DNA from: Halomicronema hongdechloris C2206 | Lineage (GTDB): Bacteria; Cyanobacteriota; Cyanobacteriia; Phormidesmidales; Phormidesmidaceae | Reading direction: 5' to 3' | Assembly (NCBI RefSeq): GCF_002075285.3 | Contig: NZ_CP021983.2 | Location: forward strand, 2,610,001 to 2,642,000 | DNA length: 32,000 bases | Shown here: in pieces, positions 17,349 to 27,411 of the stretch | Layout of the letters: each line of letters starts with the position of its first letter | Position numbering within the stretch: the stretch's first letter is position 1 | Translations under genes and position numbers: made by a program | The notes under the pieces: model-generated | Databases searched by the model: none | The model's input: the letters and a program-made list of their open reading frames with translations, nothing else | Told to the model about the DNA's origin: nothing

Positions 17349-17921
17349 ATGTTTCGTCAAATCCCTCTAGGAGGCATACTGCTCATGGTTGGCAGTGTAC
17401 TCACCGTCATCGGCTTTATTGCCTATTTTCAAGAACGCGCCACACTAAATCTAGTGGGATTTTTCTGCGGGATTCCTATACTATTGGGAGGGCTGGCCCT
17501 GAAAGCCGCCGAATTGGAGCCAGTCCCCTATTCTCGGCCCACAGCGCTTGCTGTTCTGGAGCGGCGCCAACACCAGGCCACGCCAATCCAGAAACAACTG
17601 CGTCAAGACATTACCCGCTACCGCTATGGCCAGCAAGCTCACCTGGATGAGGTGTTAGAGCGCTTGGGCCTGAGCCCCACCGATGAGGAACGCCCCGTCC
17701 TCGCTGGACTCCACGAGGATGATATCGATGGCAACTACGGACTAGTGCTGGAATTCAGATCTCCCCATGTGCCCCTCAGCCTCTGGCAAGAGAAACAAGC
17801 CCGCATCGAAACCTTCTTCGGCCCTGGCGTGCGAGCCCAGATCCAGCAACCTGAAACGGACCGGATAGAGCTAGCCCTAGTCAGCCAACCGCACTCGCCA
17901 TCATCCCAGCAGGAGGGATGA
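17349..17921 (+). CDS. Conserved cyanobacterial membrane protein (DUF2854-like)
   Basis: Two N-terminal TM helices are followed by 'LALKAAELEPVPY', 'DITRYRYGQQAHLDEVLERLGL' and 'FFGPGV'. Confidence 0.6.
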   Translation: MFRQIPLGGILLMVGSVLTVIGFIAYFQERATLNLVGFFCGIPILLGGLALKAAELEPVPYSRPTALAVLERRQHQATPIQKQLRQDITRYRYGQQAHLDEVLERLGLSPTDEERPVLAGLHEDDIDGNYGLVLEFRSPHVPLSLWQEKQARIETFFGPGVRAQIQQPETDRIELALVSQPHSPSSQQEG

Positions 17922-17982
17922 GACGATAGAATTCCTCTGGGCAAAGGGAGTATCATGGTGCCAATTTGTCTGTTTTGGGACT

Positions 17983-18633
17983 ATGGCTCCTCAACTCCGT
18001 GTGTTCGTCCCCCCTCACCCCCTGATTCAACATTGGTTAGGGGTGGCTCGCGATGGCTCTACCCCGTCAACGCTCTTTCGCAGTGCCATGGCAGAATTAG
18101 GGCGCTGGCTCACCTACGAAGCCACTCGAGAATGGCTGCCCACCCTAGAGACCACCGTTGCAACTCCGTTGGGGCCCTGTGCCGCCACCTTTGTCAATCC
18201 AGACGTGCCCGTGGTAATCGTTCCCATCCTGCGGGCAGGGTTGGCCTTGATGGAGGGAGCCCAGGCGCTACTGCCGCTAGCATCTGTCTACCATGTCGGA
18301 TTTGTGCGCAATGAGGAGACCCTAGAAGCCAGCTGCTACCTGAATAAACTGCCAGACAAACTTCCCCCTGAAAGCCGGGTGCTCATCAGTGAACCGATGT
18401 TGGCCACAGGCGGCACGATTATGGCCCTGATGCAGGATCTGATCCAACGGGGAGCCGATCCTGCCTATATCCGCATTATCTCGGTGGTAACCGCACCAGT
18501 AGCCCTGCAAAAGCTGGCTGACACGTATCCGACCCTGAATATCTATGCGGCTGCCATTGATGAGGGCTTAGATAACCAAGGGTATATCGTGCCTGGCTTA
18601 GGCGATGCCGGCGATCGCACCTTTGGCACCTAA
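17983..18633 (+). CDS. upp: Uracil phosphoribosyltransferase
   Basis: 'HPLIQHWL', 'VPILRAGL', the PRPP loop 'LISEPMLATGGT' and 'YIVPGLGDAGDRTFGT'. Confidence 0.93.
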   Translation: MAPQLRVFVPPHPLIQHWLGVARDGSTPSTLFRSAMAELGRWLTYEATREWLPTLETTVATPLGPCAATFVNPDVPVVIVPILRAGLALMEGAQALLPLASVYHVGFVRNEETLEASCYLNKLPDKLPPESRVLISEPMLATGGTIMALMQDLIQRGADPAYIRIISVVTAPVALQKLADTYPTLNIYAAAIDEGLDNQGYIVPGLGDAGDRTFGT

Positions 18634-18735
18634 AATCGTAGTCGACGGGGCAACCCCTTGGTCACAATAACGTGTAAAGTCGACACAGCTTTTGCCGCAG
18701 ACCGAATCCGTAGTGAAGGAGGGGCATAGATAATC

Positions 18736-19047
18736 ATGAGTCAACAAGACAACTTTGCCGGTGGGTTTATCGTCGGCAGCATCTTTGGAGGGCTTGTCGG
18801 GGGAGTCGCGGGAGCCTTGATTGGGGCACGGTTACAGCGACGAGGTCTAATGCCTGACGATGATCTAGATACCGAAGCCCTCGGTGAAGCTACCGAAGAG
18901 CGGATGGAATCTGCCCGCCAGGGACTAGAAGATAAGATCGCTCAACTCAACGACGCCATCGATGACATGCGGCAGCAGTTGGGCGGCGTCAATGGCTATT
19001 CCCAATCCTCCTCCCCGTCAGACCACTCATCCATGAGCGATGCTTGA
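18736..19047 (+). CDS. Small glycine-zipper membrane protein (YtxH-like)
   Basis: 'GGFIVGSIFGGLVGGVAGALIGA' is followed by an acidic coiled region. A GAAGGAGG Shine-Dalgarno lies upstream. Confidence 0.55.
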   Translation: MSQQDNFAGGFIVGSIFGGLVGGVAGALIGARLQRRGLMPDDDLDTEALGEATEERMESARQGLEDKIAQLNDAIDDMRQQLGGVNGYSQSSSPSDHSSMSDA

Positions 19048-19149
19048 CTCTGGCCTTGGTCATCCTTAACATTGACGGCATCTCGGTAAGATCCGTTAAA
19101 CTGAAGGGTAAGCCTTTGGCGCAATCGCTTATTTATTGGGAGTTTCTCC

Positions 19150-19440
19150 ATGGGGTCGTCGTTACTGGGTTTGATAGCTCAAACCTTCTCCACGTTCCTA
19201 AGCATTTATTTTGTACTGCTGATCATTCGGATTCTGCTGAGCTGGTTTCCCAATGTGGATTGGCTAAGTCCGCCGTTTTCGGTGCTGAGTCAGCTGACCG
19301 ATCCCTATCTCAACCTCTTTCGCTCGATTATTCCTCCTCTGGGAGGCATCGACCTGTCTCCGATTCTGGCCTTCTTGGTATTACAACTGCTGCGCAGCGG
19401 CGTCACTGAATTAGCCGCCCTGGCCTATCCCATGTACTGA
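19150..19440 (+). CDS. YggT family (Ycf19) membrane protein
   Basis: 'FLSIYFVLLIIRILLSWFP' and 'LTDPYLNLFRSIIPPLGGIDLSPILAF'. Confidence 0.88.
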   Translation: MGSSLLGLIAQTFSTFLSIYFVLLIIRILLSWFPNVDWLSPPFSVLSQLTDPYLNLFRSIIPPLGGIDLSPILAFLVLQLLRSGVTELAALAYPMY

Positions 19441-19487
19441 TCCGGTGTACTGATCCGGGGCTGAATCCCAGCCTGGGAGCCGTGGGG

Positions 19488-20288
19488 TCATGCAGGCGAT
19501 GGCTGCCGGAAGCCATGAATCTCACGGATGACTTGAGTCCAACCTTGGGCTAAAGAGTCTAGTATCTGCTCTCCCTTTTCCGGAGTAGCTGCGATCGCAT
19601 CTCCCACGACTCCACTGCGGCTAAGATCCCGAGTAGTCCAGGCAAAGGGGAGCGCTCCCTCCAGACTCAGTAACCCCTCTGGTAAGCCAGGGGGATACTC
19701 TTTGATGGCCTGCGCCATGCGCACTTGCTCCGGCAGAATGGCCAGCATGACGCTAGTCTCCGCGTCCCCAGCATGAATTCCCAAGGCCTGCTCTTGCGCC
19801 GACAGTAGGCTGGCAGCCTGGTTGGGCACATTCCAGGTAAATAGGGGAAACACCAGGAAATCTGGATAGCGTTGGTGCAGATCCCGGGCGGCGATGTCGA
19901 GCACTTGGGGCTGCCCCCCATGGCCATTCATCAGCACCCACTTGCGAAAGCCAGCTCGATACAGGCTGTCGCCAACCTCCATCAGCACCGCTAGTAGGGT
20001 CTGGGCCGAAAGAGTAATTGTCCCTGGGAAATGCAGGTGTTCATTGGATTTGCCGTAGTAGAGGGGGGGCAGTCCGTAGGCGGGCACCGTAGCCTCCAAG
20101 GACTGCAGCGCTTGGGCCAGCACATAGGTGCTGATGGCAGCATCGACCCCGAGAGGTAGGTGGGGACCATGTTGCTCAACGGCGCCTAGCGGTTGCACTA
20201 AGACTACATTGGCCGGATCGGGCATTGCCTCGATGTCGCACCAAGTGAGGTAGGGGAAATAGCGCTCCGGTGGAATGGGGTGGTGCAT
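19488..20288 (-). CDS. Creatininase family amidohydrolase
   Basis: 'GAVEQHGPHLPLGVD', 'NGHGGQ' and 'HAGDAETS'. Confidence 0.85.
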   Translation of the reverse strand: MHHPIPPERYFPYLTWCDIEAMPDPANVVLVQPLGAVEQHGPHLPLGVDAAISTYVLAQALQSLEATVPAYGLPPLYYGKSNEHLHFPGTITLSAQTLLAVLMEVGDSLYRAGFRKWVLMNGHGGQPQVLDIAARDLHQRYPDFLVFPLFTWNVPNQAASLLSAQEQALGIHAGDAETSVMLAILPEQVRMAQAIKEYPPGLPEGLLSLEGALPFAWTTRDLSRSGVVGDAIAATPEKGEQILDSLAQGWTQVIREIHGFRQPSPA

Positions 20289-20328
20289 AGTAGATTGGGA
20301 AGATTATCTTTTCTTCATAGTTATAGCC

Positions 20329-20357
20329 TTGACAGCATCTCGGGAAATTGTAAATAT
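20329..20357 (+). promoter_or_regulatory. Candidate sigma70-type promoter
   Basis: Perfect -35 TTGACA (20329-20334), a 16-17 nt spacer, then TGTAAATAT (extended -10-like) in an AT-rich spacer upstream of the 20488 gene. Confidence 0.3.
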
Positions 20358-20487
20358 GAATACAGAAATTAAATCGTTCATCTTCTAGAGCCTATCAATA
20401 AACACGTTTAGGCATTGGAAGACGGAAGTAGGGAAGCTCCCGAAGGAACGCGCCTCACTTACTTCGTTGCACTCAGAGAGGCGAATC

Positions 20488-20661
20488 ATGCATTTACGTT
20501 ATCGCGGTGTTGACTACGAAACCGAAACCCAAAACTTAGATATGACTGAAGAGGTCATCGGTCGTTATCGTGGCGCTGTCGTCAAGCGTCATGTGGCCAA
20601 GAATGCTCCTGCCCAAGGCCGGGCCAGTGGTTTAGTTTACCGGGGGGCTCGCGTCAAGTAA
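20488..20661 (+). CDS. DUF4278-like small protein
   Basis: 'MHLRYRGVDYETE....IGRYRGA' and 'LVYRGARV' are repeated xYRG motifs typical of the family. AGAGAGG lies upstream of the ATG at 20488. Confidence 0.7.
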   Translation: MHLRYRGVDYETETQNLDMTEEVIGRYRGAVVKRHVAKNAPAQGRASGLVYRGARVK

Positions 20662-20746
20662 GCCTAGTCTACTAGGGACTATTGGCTCGATGGCCACGCC
20701 GAGTCAACTGTACACAATCTAGGTGGTTGTTTGAACTACCTTAATT

Positions 20747-20770
20747 AGCACCTCAGTGAGGTGCTTTTTT
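20747..20770 (+). terminator. Rho-independent terminator
   Basis: AGCACCTC-agt-GAGGTGCT followed by TTTTTT. Confidence 0.75.
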
Positions 20771-20808
20771 AATGCACTATGCTCAAGTAGGAACTGCTGG
20801 AGGAATCT

Positions 20809-22137
20809 GTGCCTCTGTTTTGGTTTTGTTTGGGCTTAGTGATTGGACTGGCCTTGTGGCTACGGGATCAAACCCGTCGTTCGGCCCGTCTTCGCTCCCT
20901 ATTGCGTAAGCTATCGGGAGATGGGGATCCGTCCCACCTGTCTACGGTAGCCCAGCTATCTAGTGCCATCACCCATCAACAGCAGCAACTGCAGGGGCTA
21001 GAGCAGCAGTTACGCTATTACCGGCAAGTGTTGCAGGCGGCGCCGGTTGGTTATTTGCAAGTTGATGATGAAAACCAACTCCTGTGGTGCAATGACCAGG
21101 CCGCTCAGATGTTGGGGATTGCCCCTATTAGTCGGTCTCAATCGCCGCGACTCTTATTGGAGTGGGTGCGCTCCTTTGAACTGGACCAACTGATCGAGGA
21201 AACTCGCCAAAGCCAAACTCCCCAGCAGCAGGACTGGATGCTGTATCGAGTCTCTCCAGATCCCTTACATCCCCGGGATGGACCGTCATACCCCCTGCGT
21301 AGCCGTAGTTTTCCCCTGGAAGCGGGGCAAGTAGGGGTGTTTCTGGAAAATCGTCAAGAGGCGATGACGCTGCAACAGCAACGAGACCGTTGGATTTCGG
21401 ATGTGGCCCACGAGTTGAAGACGCCGTTGACCTCGATTCGGTTGGTGGCAGAAACCCTGAAACCGCGTATCGATCAACCGCTACAGGGTTGGATTGATCG
21501 GCTATTGAACGAAACGATACGGCTGAGCAATTTGGTAGAAGATCTGCTCAACCTTAGCCGTTTGGAGGGATCCGATTTTCAGGGCCTGCAGCTCAAACAG
21601 GTGGATCTGCCCCAGCTGATTGGGGCCGCCTGGCAAAGTTTAGAACCTCTGGCTAAAATCAAGCACTTGCAGCTGAGCTATCGCGGTCCTCAGGAGCTAT
21701 TGATTCAGCTGGACGAAACACTCATGTATCGGGTATTGATCAATCTTCTAGATAATGCCATTAAGCATAGTCCGGCTCAGGCATCTGTTTATGTAGAGTT
21801 GCACCCGTATTTGAGGCCCTCTGGCGAGGATGTCGAGTCAACAGCTTGGGTGACGCTGGAGGTTATGGATACTGGTCCAGGGTTTAAGGACAGGGATTTA
21901 CCCCATATTTTTGAGCGCTTTTATCGGGCCGATCAAGCTCGTACGCGTGGTGTAGCGTCGCTCTCGAGCCAGACGAACCGCAGTGGTGGTTCCGGGTTGG
22001 GGTTGGCCATTGTGCGCCAGATTATTGATACCCACCAGGGGCGTATCCAGGCCAATAACCATCCGGATACGGGCGGCGGCTGGTTGAAGATTGAACTACC
22101 GAAAGTGCTACTCTGTTCCCTGCCGGATCATGAGTGA
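20809..22137 (+). CDS. Membrane-anchored sensor histidine kinase (PhoR/SphS-like: TM, PAS-like, HisKA, HATPase)
   Basis: The GTG start has GGAGGA 4 nt upstream. H-box 'SDVAHELKTPLTSIRL', N-box 'LINLLDNAIKHS', G1 'VMDTGPGF' and G2 'GGSGLGLAIV'. No response regulator is adjacent. Confidence 0.88.
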   Translation: MPLFWFCLGLVIGLALWLRDQTRRSARLRSLLRKLSGDGDPSHLSTVAQLSSAITHQQQQLQGLEQQLRYYRQVLQAAPVGYLQVDDENQLLWCNDQAAQMLGIAPISRSQSPRLLLEWVRSFELDQLIEETRQSQTPQQQDWMLYRVSPDPLHPRDGPSYPLRSRSFPLEAGQVGVFLENRQEAMTLQQQRDRWISDVAHELKTPLTSIRLVAETLKPRIDQPLQGWIDRLLNETIRLSNLVEDLLNLSRLEGSDFQGLQLKQVDLPQLIGAAWQSLEPLAKIKHLQLSYRGPQELLIQLDETLMYRVLINLLDNAIKHSPAQASVYVELHPYLRPSGEDVESTAWVTLEVMDTGPGFKDRDLPHIFERFYRADQARTRGVASLSSQTNRSGGSGLGLAIVRQIIDTHQGRIQANNHPDTGGGWLKIELPKVLLCSLPDHE

Positions 22138-22216
22138 GGCCTCTTGTAATCAGCATATTTACCTGCTTCAATAAGGGCGGTTCCTCAGGCGATGGACAAA
22201 CCTGGGTGGGTTGGTG

Positions 22217-22987
22217 ATGGCAGAACGCTTGCAAAAGCTCTTGTCCCAATGGGGCCTGGCGTCTCGACGCCAGGCGGAGCAAATGATTCGAGAGGGGCGA
22301 GTCGTCGTTAACGGTGCGATCGCAGATCTCGGCCAAAAAGCCAATCCTGCCGTAGATATGATTCAGCTAGATGGTCGAGTCCTAGAGCCGGTCATGCCTG
22401 ACCGCTGGGTCTGGCTACTCAATAAGCCCGCCGGCGTGGTGTCCACCTGTCACGATCCGCAAGGGCGACCGACAGTTATCGATCACCTGCCTCAGGATCT
22501 ACGCCAAGGGCAAGGCATCCATCCAGTTGGCCGCTTAGATGCCGACTCTACCGGAGCATTGCTCTTGACCAACGATGGTCAGCTCACCTATCAACTGACC
22601 CATCCCCGGCACCACATCCCCAAACAATATCATGTGTGGGTACGGGGGCAACCGAGCGCTGCCACCCTGAGGCAGTGGTCCCAGGGAATTATGTTAGACG
22701 GTCGTCAGACCCAACCAGCCCAAGTGACCCGACTCACCCATAACTCCCAACAAACCCTGTTGGAGATCACCCTCTGGGAAGGTCGCAATCGTCAAATCCG
22801 CCGGACTGCCGATCAGTTAGGCCATCCTGTGCTTAGCCTGCATCGGATCGCCATCGGTCAGCTGGCTCTAGGCTCCTTGGCAAGCGGTAAAAGCCGTCCC
22901 CTAACCAGGGATGAGATCACTCGGCTCCAGGCTGAGGCAGGGACCCCTAAGACAGCTGCCATTGATTCCTCGTCGTGCTTTCGCTAG
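22217..22987 (+). CDS. Pseudouridine synthase, RsuA/RluB family, with an S4 domain
   Basis: 'RLQKLLSQWGLASRRQAEQMIREGRVVVNG' (S4), the catalytic 'HPVGRLDADSTGALLLTNDG' and 'GRNRQIRR'. Confidence 0.9.
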   Translation: MAERLQKLLSQWGLASRRQAEQMIREGRVVVNGAIADLGQKANPAVDMIQLDGRVLEPVMPDRWVWLLNKPAGVVSTCHDPQGRPTVIDHLPQDLRQGQGIHPVGRLDADSTGALLLTNDGQLTYQLTHPRHHIPKQYHVWVRGQPSAATLRQWSQGIMLDGRQTQPAQVTRLTHNSQQTLLEITLWEGRNRQIRRTADQLGHPVLSLHRIAIGQLALGSLASGKSRPLTRDEITRLQAEAGTPKTAAIDSSSCFR

Positions 22988-22999
22988 TTTCCCTGTATC

Positions 23000-23806
23000 A
23001 TGTTCTTCTATATGAAACACAAGCAGCCCCAGTTAGAAACGATTTACCGAGAGCAGTTACTCGAGATTGGTGAGATTCTGCGGCAAACTCGGGAAGCCCA
23101 GCACCAGTCCCTCGAGCACCTGGCCGGTCAAACTCTGATTCGAGCGAAAGTGTTAAGCTCCCTGGAAACGGCAGATTTGGAAGAGTTGCCCGAGCCCGTG
23201 TATATTCGCGGCTTGATTCGTCGCTATGGTAATGCACTCGGCTTAGATGGCGAGACCCTAGCCAGCCAGTTTTTTACCCCGGCGACCCTGCGACGGCGAG
23301 TCTCCTGGAAAGAGTCCCCGGCTGCTCAATTGCGGCCCCTGCACCTTTACGTGGCCTATATTCTACTGATGGTAGTCGCCATCAGTGGCTTGTCCTATGT
23401 GTTGAAGCGGACAGCACCAACCACCAGCCAGCTCCCGGCCTTAGAACCTCTGGCTCCCAATGCGACTGAGCCCCAGTCGCCTGCCTCTACACCGACGACG
23501 ATGGAGCCAGAGAACCCAGCAGCGAGTAGCCAGCCAGACAAACCCATCCGGGTTGAGATGACCCTAACTGCTCAATCCTGGATTCGCATCATTGCCGATG
23601 GCACCACCACCTTCGAAGGAGTGCTACCGGAAGGGGAGCAACGGTTGTGGACCGCCGATGAGCGCCTGGTGATTCGGGCTGGTAATGCTGGGGGCGTTAT
23701 GGTTAGCTACAACGACGGTAGTCAAGAAACCTTGGGTAAACCCGGTATGGTGACCGAAGTCGCCTTTCCCCCCAACCTAGATAATCCCGTTAGCCTTGCC
23801 TTCTAG
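23000..23806 (+). CDS. RodZ-like protein (HTH, TM helix, Pro-rich linker, DUF4115-like C-domain)
   Basis: 'IGEILRQTREAQHQSLEHLAGQTLIRAKVLSSLE', 'YIRGLIRRYGNALGLD', TM 'LYVAYILLMVVAISGL' and C-terminal 'SWIRIIADG..RAGNAGGV'. The start could be 23012. Confidence 0.75.
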   Translation: MFFYMKHKQPQLETIYREQLLEIGEILRQTREAQHQSLEHLAGQTLIRAKVLSSLETADLEELPEPVYIRGLIRRYGNALGLDGETLASQFFTPATLRRRVSWKESPAAQLRPLHLYVAYILLMVVAISGLSYVLKRTAPTTSQLPALEPLAPNATEPQSPASTPTTMEPENPAASSQPDKPIRVEMTLTAQSWIRIIADGTTTFEGVLPEGEQRLWTADERLVIRAGNAGGVMVSYNDGSQETLGKPGMVTEVAFPPNLDNPVSLAF

Positions 23807-23887
23807 CCACCAAGGCAGAATTAGGAAGGCACTAGGACTGTGCCCGCGCGTAGGGCGAAGCCCGTGCGAAGCAGCAGGCCGCAGGGA

Positions 23888-24934
23888 CTATGGTGCCTGC
23901 GGTAGACCCAAGATCTCACCATCGCCCGCAATCACCTCACCGATGGCATAGGCATCTACAGCTTGCTGATGAAATTTAGTAATTGCCTGCTCAGCAGCAT
24001 CAGGGGGGACTAAGACGACAAAGCCGATGCCCATATTAAAGGTGTGAAACATGGCGGCAGGATTCACGGCCCCAGCCGCCGCCAACCATTGAAAAATTGG
24101 TAGTTGTGGCCAAGCATCTGGGTCAATTTGTAGGGATTGGCCAGACCCGAGGCAGCGAGGTAGGTTTTCAGGCAATCCGCCGCCAGTAATATGAGCCATC
24201 CCGTGAATCGGCAACCCGCTACGCCAGGCAGTCAAGACTGGGTCTACATAGATGCGAGTAGGGGTGAGGCAGACCTCTCCCAAGGAGTGGCCTTGCAACA
24301 TGGCTGGTCGTTCTTGCCAGGGGGAGACGGTTGTCTTAGCGGCGGCCTCCACAATCTTGCGCACCAGACTAAAGCCATTGCTGTGGACTCCTTGACTCGC
24401 CAATCCAATGGCAACATCCCCCAACTGCACCTGATCACCATCCAAGCGTTGCTGCCGCTCGACGATGCCGACACAGAAACCAGCTAGGTCATAGACTCCT
24501 GCTCCATAGAACCCTGGCATTTCAGCGGTCTCTCCCCCTAAGAGGGCACACCCAGCTTGACGACAACCATTGGCAACGCCAGCGACCACTTCTGTTAACT
24601 GGGTGGCCTCTAATTTGCCCGTGGCTAGATAGTCTAGGAAAAATAACGGCTCTGCCCCGCAGGTGAGAATGTCGTTTACGCACATGGCGACCAGATCCAC
24701 GCCAACCGTGGTGTGGCGATTCAGGGCTTGGGCCAGCTTCAATTTTGTGCCAACGCCATCGGTCCCGGCGACTAACACGGGATCTTGATAGCCGCTTGGG
24801 AGCCGACAGCAGCCACTAAATCCTCCCAAGTTGCCGAGTACTTCTGGGCGCTGAGTGCTCTCGACTAGATGGCGAATCGTCTGCACAAAGGCTCGTCCAG
24901 CCTCGACATCAACACCGGCGTCACGATAATCCAT
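23888..24934 (-). CDS. purM: Phosphoribosylformylglycinamidine cyclo-ligase (AIR synthetase)
   Basis: '[13 protein letters not shown]', '[12 protein letters not shown]', '[10 protein letters not shown]', '[11 protein letters not shown]' and 'FNMGIGF'. Confidence 0.95.
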   Translation of the reverse strand: MDYRDAGVDVEAGRAFVQTIRHLVESTQRPEVLGNLGGFSGCCRLPSGYQDPVLVAGTDGVGTKLKLAQALNRHTTVGVDLVAMCVNDILTCGAEPLFFLDYLATGKLEATQLTEVVAGVANGCRQAGCALLGGETAEMPGFYGAGVYDLAGFCVGIVERQQRLDGDQVQLGDVAIGLASQGVHSNGFSLVRKIVEAAAKTTVSPWQERPAMLQGHSLGEVCLTPTRIYVDPVLTAWRSGLPIHGMAHITGGGLPENLPRCLGSGQSLQIDPDAWPQLPIFQWLAAAGAVNPAAMFHTFNMGIGFVVLVPPDAAEQAITKFHQQAVDAYAIGEVIAGDGEILGLPQAP

Positions 24935-25170
24935 AAGGGCCTCATCCTTATCCTTGGGACTCCATGGTTAACCCGATGTCCCACCCCGTTCTGAAGCATA
25001 TTATCCCGTCTCTAGGCTCAGCGGTGGAGTCTCTTGCAAGGCCAGTCTTGAGTTGGCCACGCTACGGTGACCTGGTGTTGCCATTGTCTCAATCCGCCTC
25101 ACCTCAGTGCCAGGTATCCCTTCCCTAGGCAGTCTCCGAATCTGGGCGTTGCTGTTGCCAAATCACGCAT

Positions 25171-25231
25171 CAAGTTGCAGTTTCAACAAGTTGCATAGAC
25201 GCGAGGGACGTTTTCATCAACAAGTTGCATA
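25171..25231. promoter_or_regulatory. Triplicated CAAGTTGCA motif; the 15-mer TCAACAAGTTGCATA is repeated exactly twice
   Basis: CAAGTTGCA is at 25171-25179, 25187-25195 and 25221-25229. The exact 15-mers are at 25183-25197 and 25217-25231, in the 665-bp purM/rlpA divergent spacer. Confidence 0.4.
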
Positions 25232-25599
25232 ATTTTGACCGTTTCAACGGAAAACTCTGCAAAAACGTTCCCGACTATCGATTGGTTTTCCAGAAGATCT
25301 TTCTGCAAGCCATAAGGTATCTTAAATAAAATTTACGTCTTGTCACTTGGAATAATGGATGGAAGTCTCTTCTCTAGGGACTTTGGCTCAAACATAAATT
25401 TTTCATGAATGGATCGGCCGGCCTCGCTACACCTAAATCTTCCCTGATCCCCGCAGCTTTAGGTTCGTGCTAACTTACATGGTCGTTCTACCTGTGAGAG
25501 TGAAGTCGAAATGGGTATGAGTTTTGACGGGCTTTTTAGCTTGTCTGCGGCTGACCTGAGTCGTTGCTCTTACCCCTATGTTGCGCTCTTGAGAGTTTT

Positions 25600-26562
25600 A
25601 TGAAGCACCATGTCATTGGCAGCCTCACAGCTGCCTTTGTGATGTCAGCGTTCTCCGCTCCACTGTCTAGTCATGCCCAGCAGATTGAGGACAGGGAGCC
25701 TGCTCGCCAGATTGATGCCTCCAGTTCGTTGGATCGCGAAGACGAGAACTCGCCGGAGCCAACTGCTTTTGAGTCGGCTAGGGGGCATCGGGCCACATCG
25801 ACTCCCGCCCGTGATATTATCTACATTCATTCCCATGCCCTAGATGATCGACAAGCCGCAACGCTCTACGTACAAGGCATTCCAGTATTGACGTTTGTTG
25901 GTGGTGAATTAGCTAGCCTGGATCAGGGAAAACGCAGCGCTGAGGCCTCGGCGGAGGTCAGCCAAGAACCGGTGCTGCGGGCCACTGCGGTGGGCGCTCG
26001 GATTGAGCAGTTTCAGCAGAACCAGGGCAATGCCGAAACGATTGCTGCCCGGTGGGACGATGAGGCGGAGCGGTATGTGATCTCCCTGGCAGATGACGAC
26101 TTGGTGGTCATCAACAGCCAGACCATCTTGCCAGATACCACCGGCAGTGTGCCTCGAGATACCTTGCATGTGGCCAATCGCCTGCGGCGGCTGTTAGGGA
26201 GTGCGGCACCGTTAGATGCGATCGCAGGTCGTCCGCAAGCGATGGCGAATCAAGTCGCCATTGCCTCTGTCAGTAGTGGCATGGCCTCTTGGTATGGACC
26301 AGGGTTTCATGGTCGTCGCAGCGCCAGTGGTGAGGTGTTTAACCAGCACGCCCTCACGGCTGCCCACCGCACCTTGCCCTTCGGTACCCGAGTGCGGGTG
26401 ACGAATCTACGCAACAACCAACAAGTCGTCGTCCGTATCAATGATCGAGGGCCCTATTCCCATGGTCGGGTCATCGATCTCTCGGCAGGGGCTGCCCGGG
26501 CCATCGGACTGGCCCGCATGGGGGTCGGCCCAGTCAGGCTCGAGGTGCTACAAACCCCTTAG
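25600..26562 (+). CDS. rlpA: RlpA-like septal-ring lytic transglycosylase (signal peptide, long linker, DPBB domain)
   Basis: '[73 protein letters not shown]'. The ATG at 25600 gives a signal peptide '[22 protein letters not shown]'. Confidence 0.88.
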   Translation: MKHHVIGSLTAAFVMSAFSAPLSSHAQQIEDREPARQIDASSSLDREDENSPEPTAFESARGHRATSTPARDIIYIHSHALDDRQAATLYVQGIPVLTFVGGELASLDQGKRSAEASAEVSQEPVLRATAVGARIEQFQQNQGNAETIAARWDDEAERYVISLADDDLVVINSQTILPDTTGSVPRDTLHVANRLRRLLGSAAPLDAIAGRPQAMANQVAIASVSSGMASWYGPGFHGRRSASGEVFNQHALTAAHRTLPFGTRVRVTNLRNNQQVVVRINDRGPYSHGRVIDLSAGAARAIGLARMGVGPVRLEVLQTP

Positions 26563-27030
26563 AGACATCGGTGGCCAGGCAGCTTAGGACAGAGCCGATT
26601 AACCCAATAGCTCAGTCTAGGACGGCTGACTGGCTCGCCACCGGGCCCAGCATATAACCCCTAAAACCAAGCCGGGCCGTTACTGGAGTCAGCGAACAGA
26701 ACCATCTGGACACGCTGGTTCTCGGCTCGGCTCTCTCGTCGATACAGCTCCCTAGAGTTGCCAGGGCGCCGGGGAGCAGAGTTGCCGCTTGATCTGAGAG
26801 CATCGGTAGACGCCGTCCGCTGCACTCCTCTGCCAATGCTCACCGGATTAGCGACCGACTTCTCGCCAAAGCTCAGCCTGATGGAGTAAGACGTCTCCTT
26901 TGCCGTAACAGGATGGCCCCTTGACTACCCCCGAGATACACGCAAGCATAGCTTCAGCTTTTTCTACCGCCGTTGCCCGATGATGCTGATTGTTTTTCTC
27001 AGAACTCCATTGGCTTCCCCGCGAGAATAA

Positions 27031-27375
27031 GTAGATGAACTCCAGCTTAATTCTGTCGAACGCTTTAAACCCTCCCGTTCTATTAGTGCGGTGACCTTTG
27101 TGACGGCCACCACCTTTTTGGTCCGGCTAAATATCGACTTTGGGGGACACATGGTCGCCGCCTTGGCCTTGATGGAATCACCGGCGATTATTGTCGGTTT
27201 GTTGTTAGTGCGACTCTTTACGAATCACCATGCCCAACAGGACAATCACAATCCGGAAGCATCTTCTTGGGGAGAAGTGCTGCGCGAGTCTTTCCTGAAT
27301 GGCTCCGTGTTTCTATTGGTGGGGAGTCTGCGGGTGGGGATGGTCACCAGTGATCAAGGTTGGCAAAGTCTGCTT
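27031..27375 (+). pseudogene. sbtA: Remnant of an SbtA/Sbt_1 (DUF897) sodium-dependent bicarbonate transporter gene, central part only
   Basis: 'SISAVTFVTATTFLVRLNIDFGGHMVAALALMESPAIIVGLLLVRLF' and 'WGEVLRESFLNGSVFLLVGSLRVGMVTSDQGW' match the middle third of SbtA-type permeases. No N-terminal TM helices or C-terminal half are present. An in-frame TAA lies at 27028. Confidence 0.65.
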
Positions 27376-27411
27376 AATCTAATCCAACGCATGGGGGTTA
27401 AATTGCCAGCC

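Noticed and set aside
19044-19409. A 121-aa ORF overlapping yggT
   Set aside because: It lies in a different frame of the same strand as the well-supported YggT gene (19150-19440) and has no recognisable motifs.
25511-25603. A 30-codon uORF whose TGA overlaps the rlpA ATG
   Set aside because: The Shine-Dalgarno is weak, I cannot assess conservation, and an ATGA overlap can arise by chance. It is noted within the spacer finding only.
26612-26843. Two overlapping minus-strand ORFs (74 and 60 aa) downstream of rlpA
   Set aside because: Arg/Ser/Ala-rich composition, no ribosome-binding site, and they overlap each other in different frames. I treated the region as non-coding or decayed.
27091-27411. 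The GTG at 27091 as the genuine start of the SulP transporter
   Set aside because: This segment is homologous to the middle of SbtA-type permeases, not to SulP N-termini. BicA-type proteins start about 15 residues before the 'LRGDxFGG' motif, which fits the ATG at 27412 or 27391.
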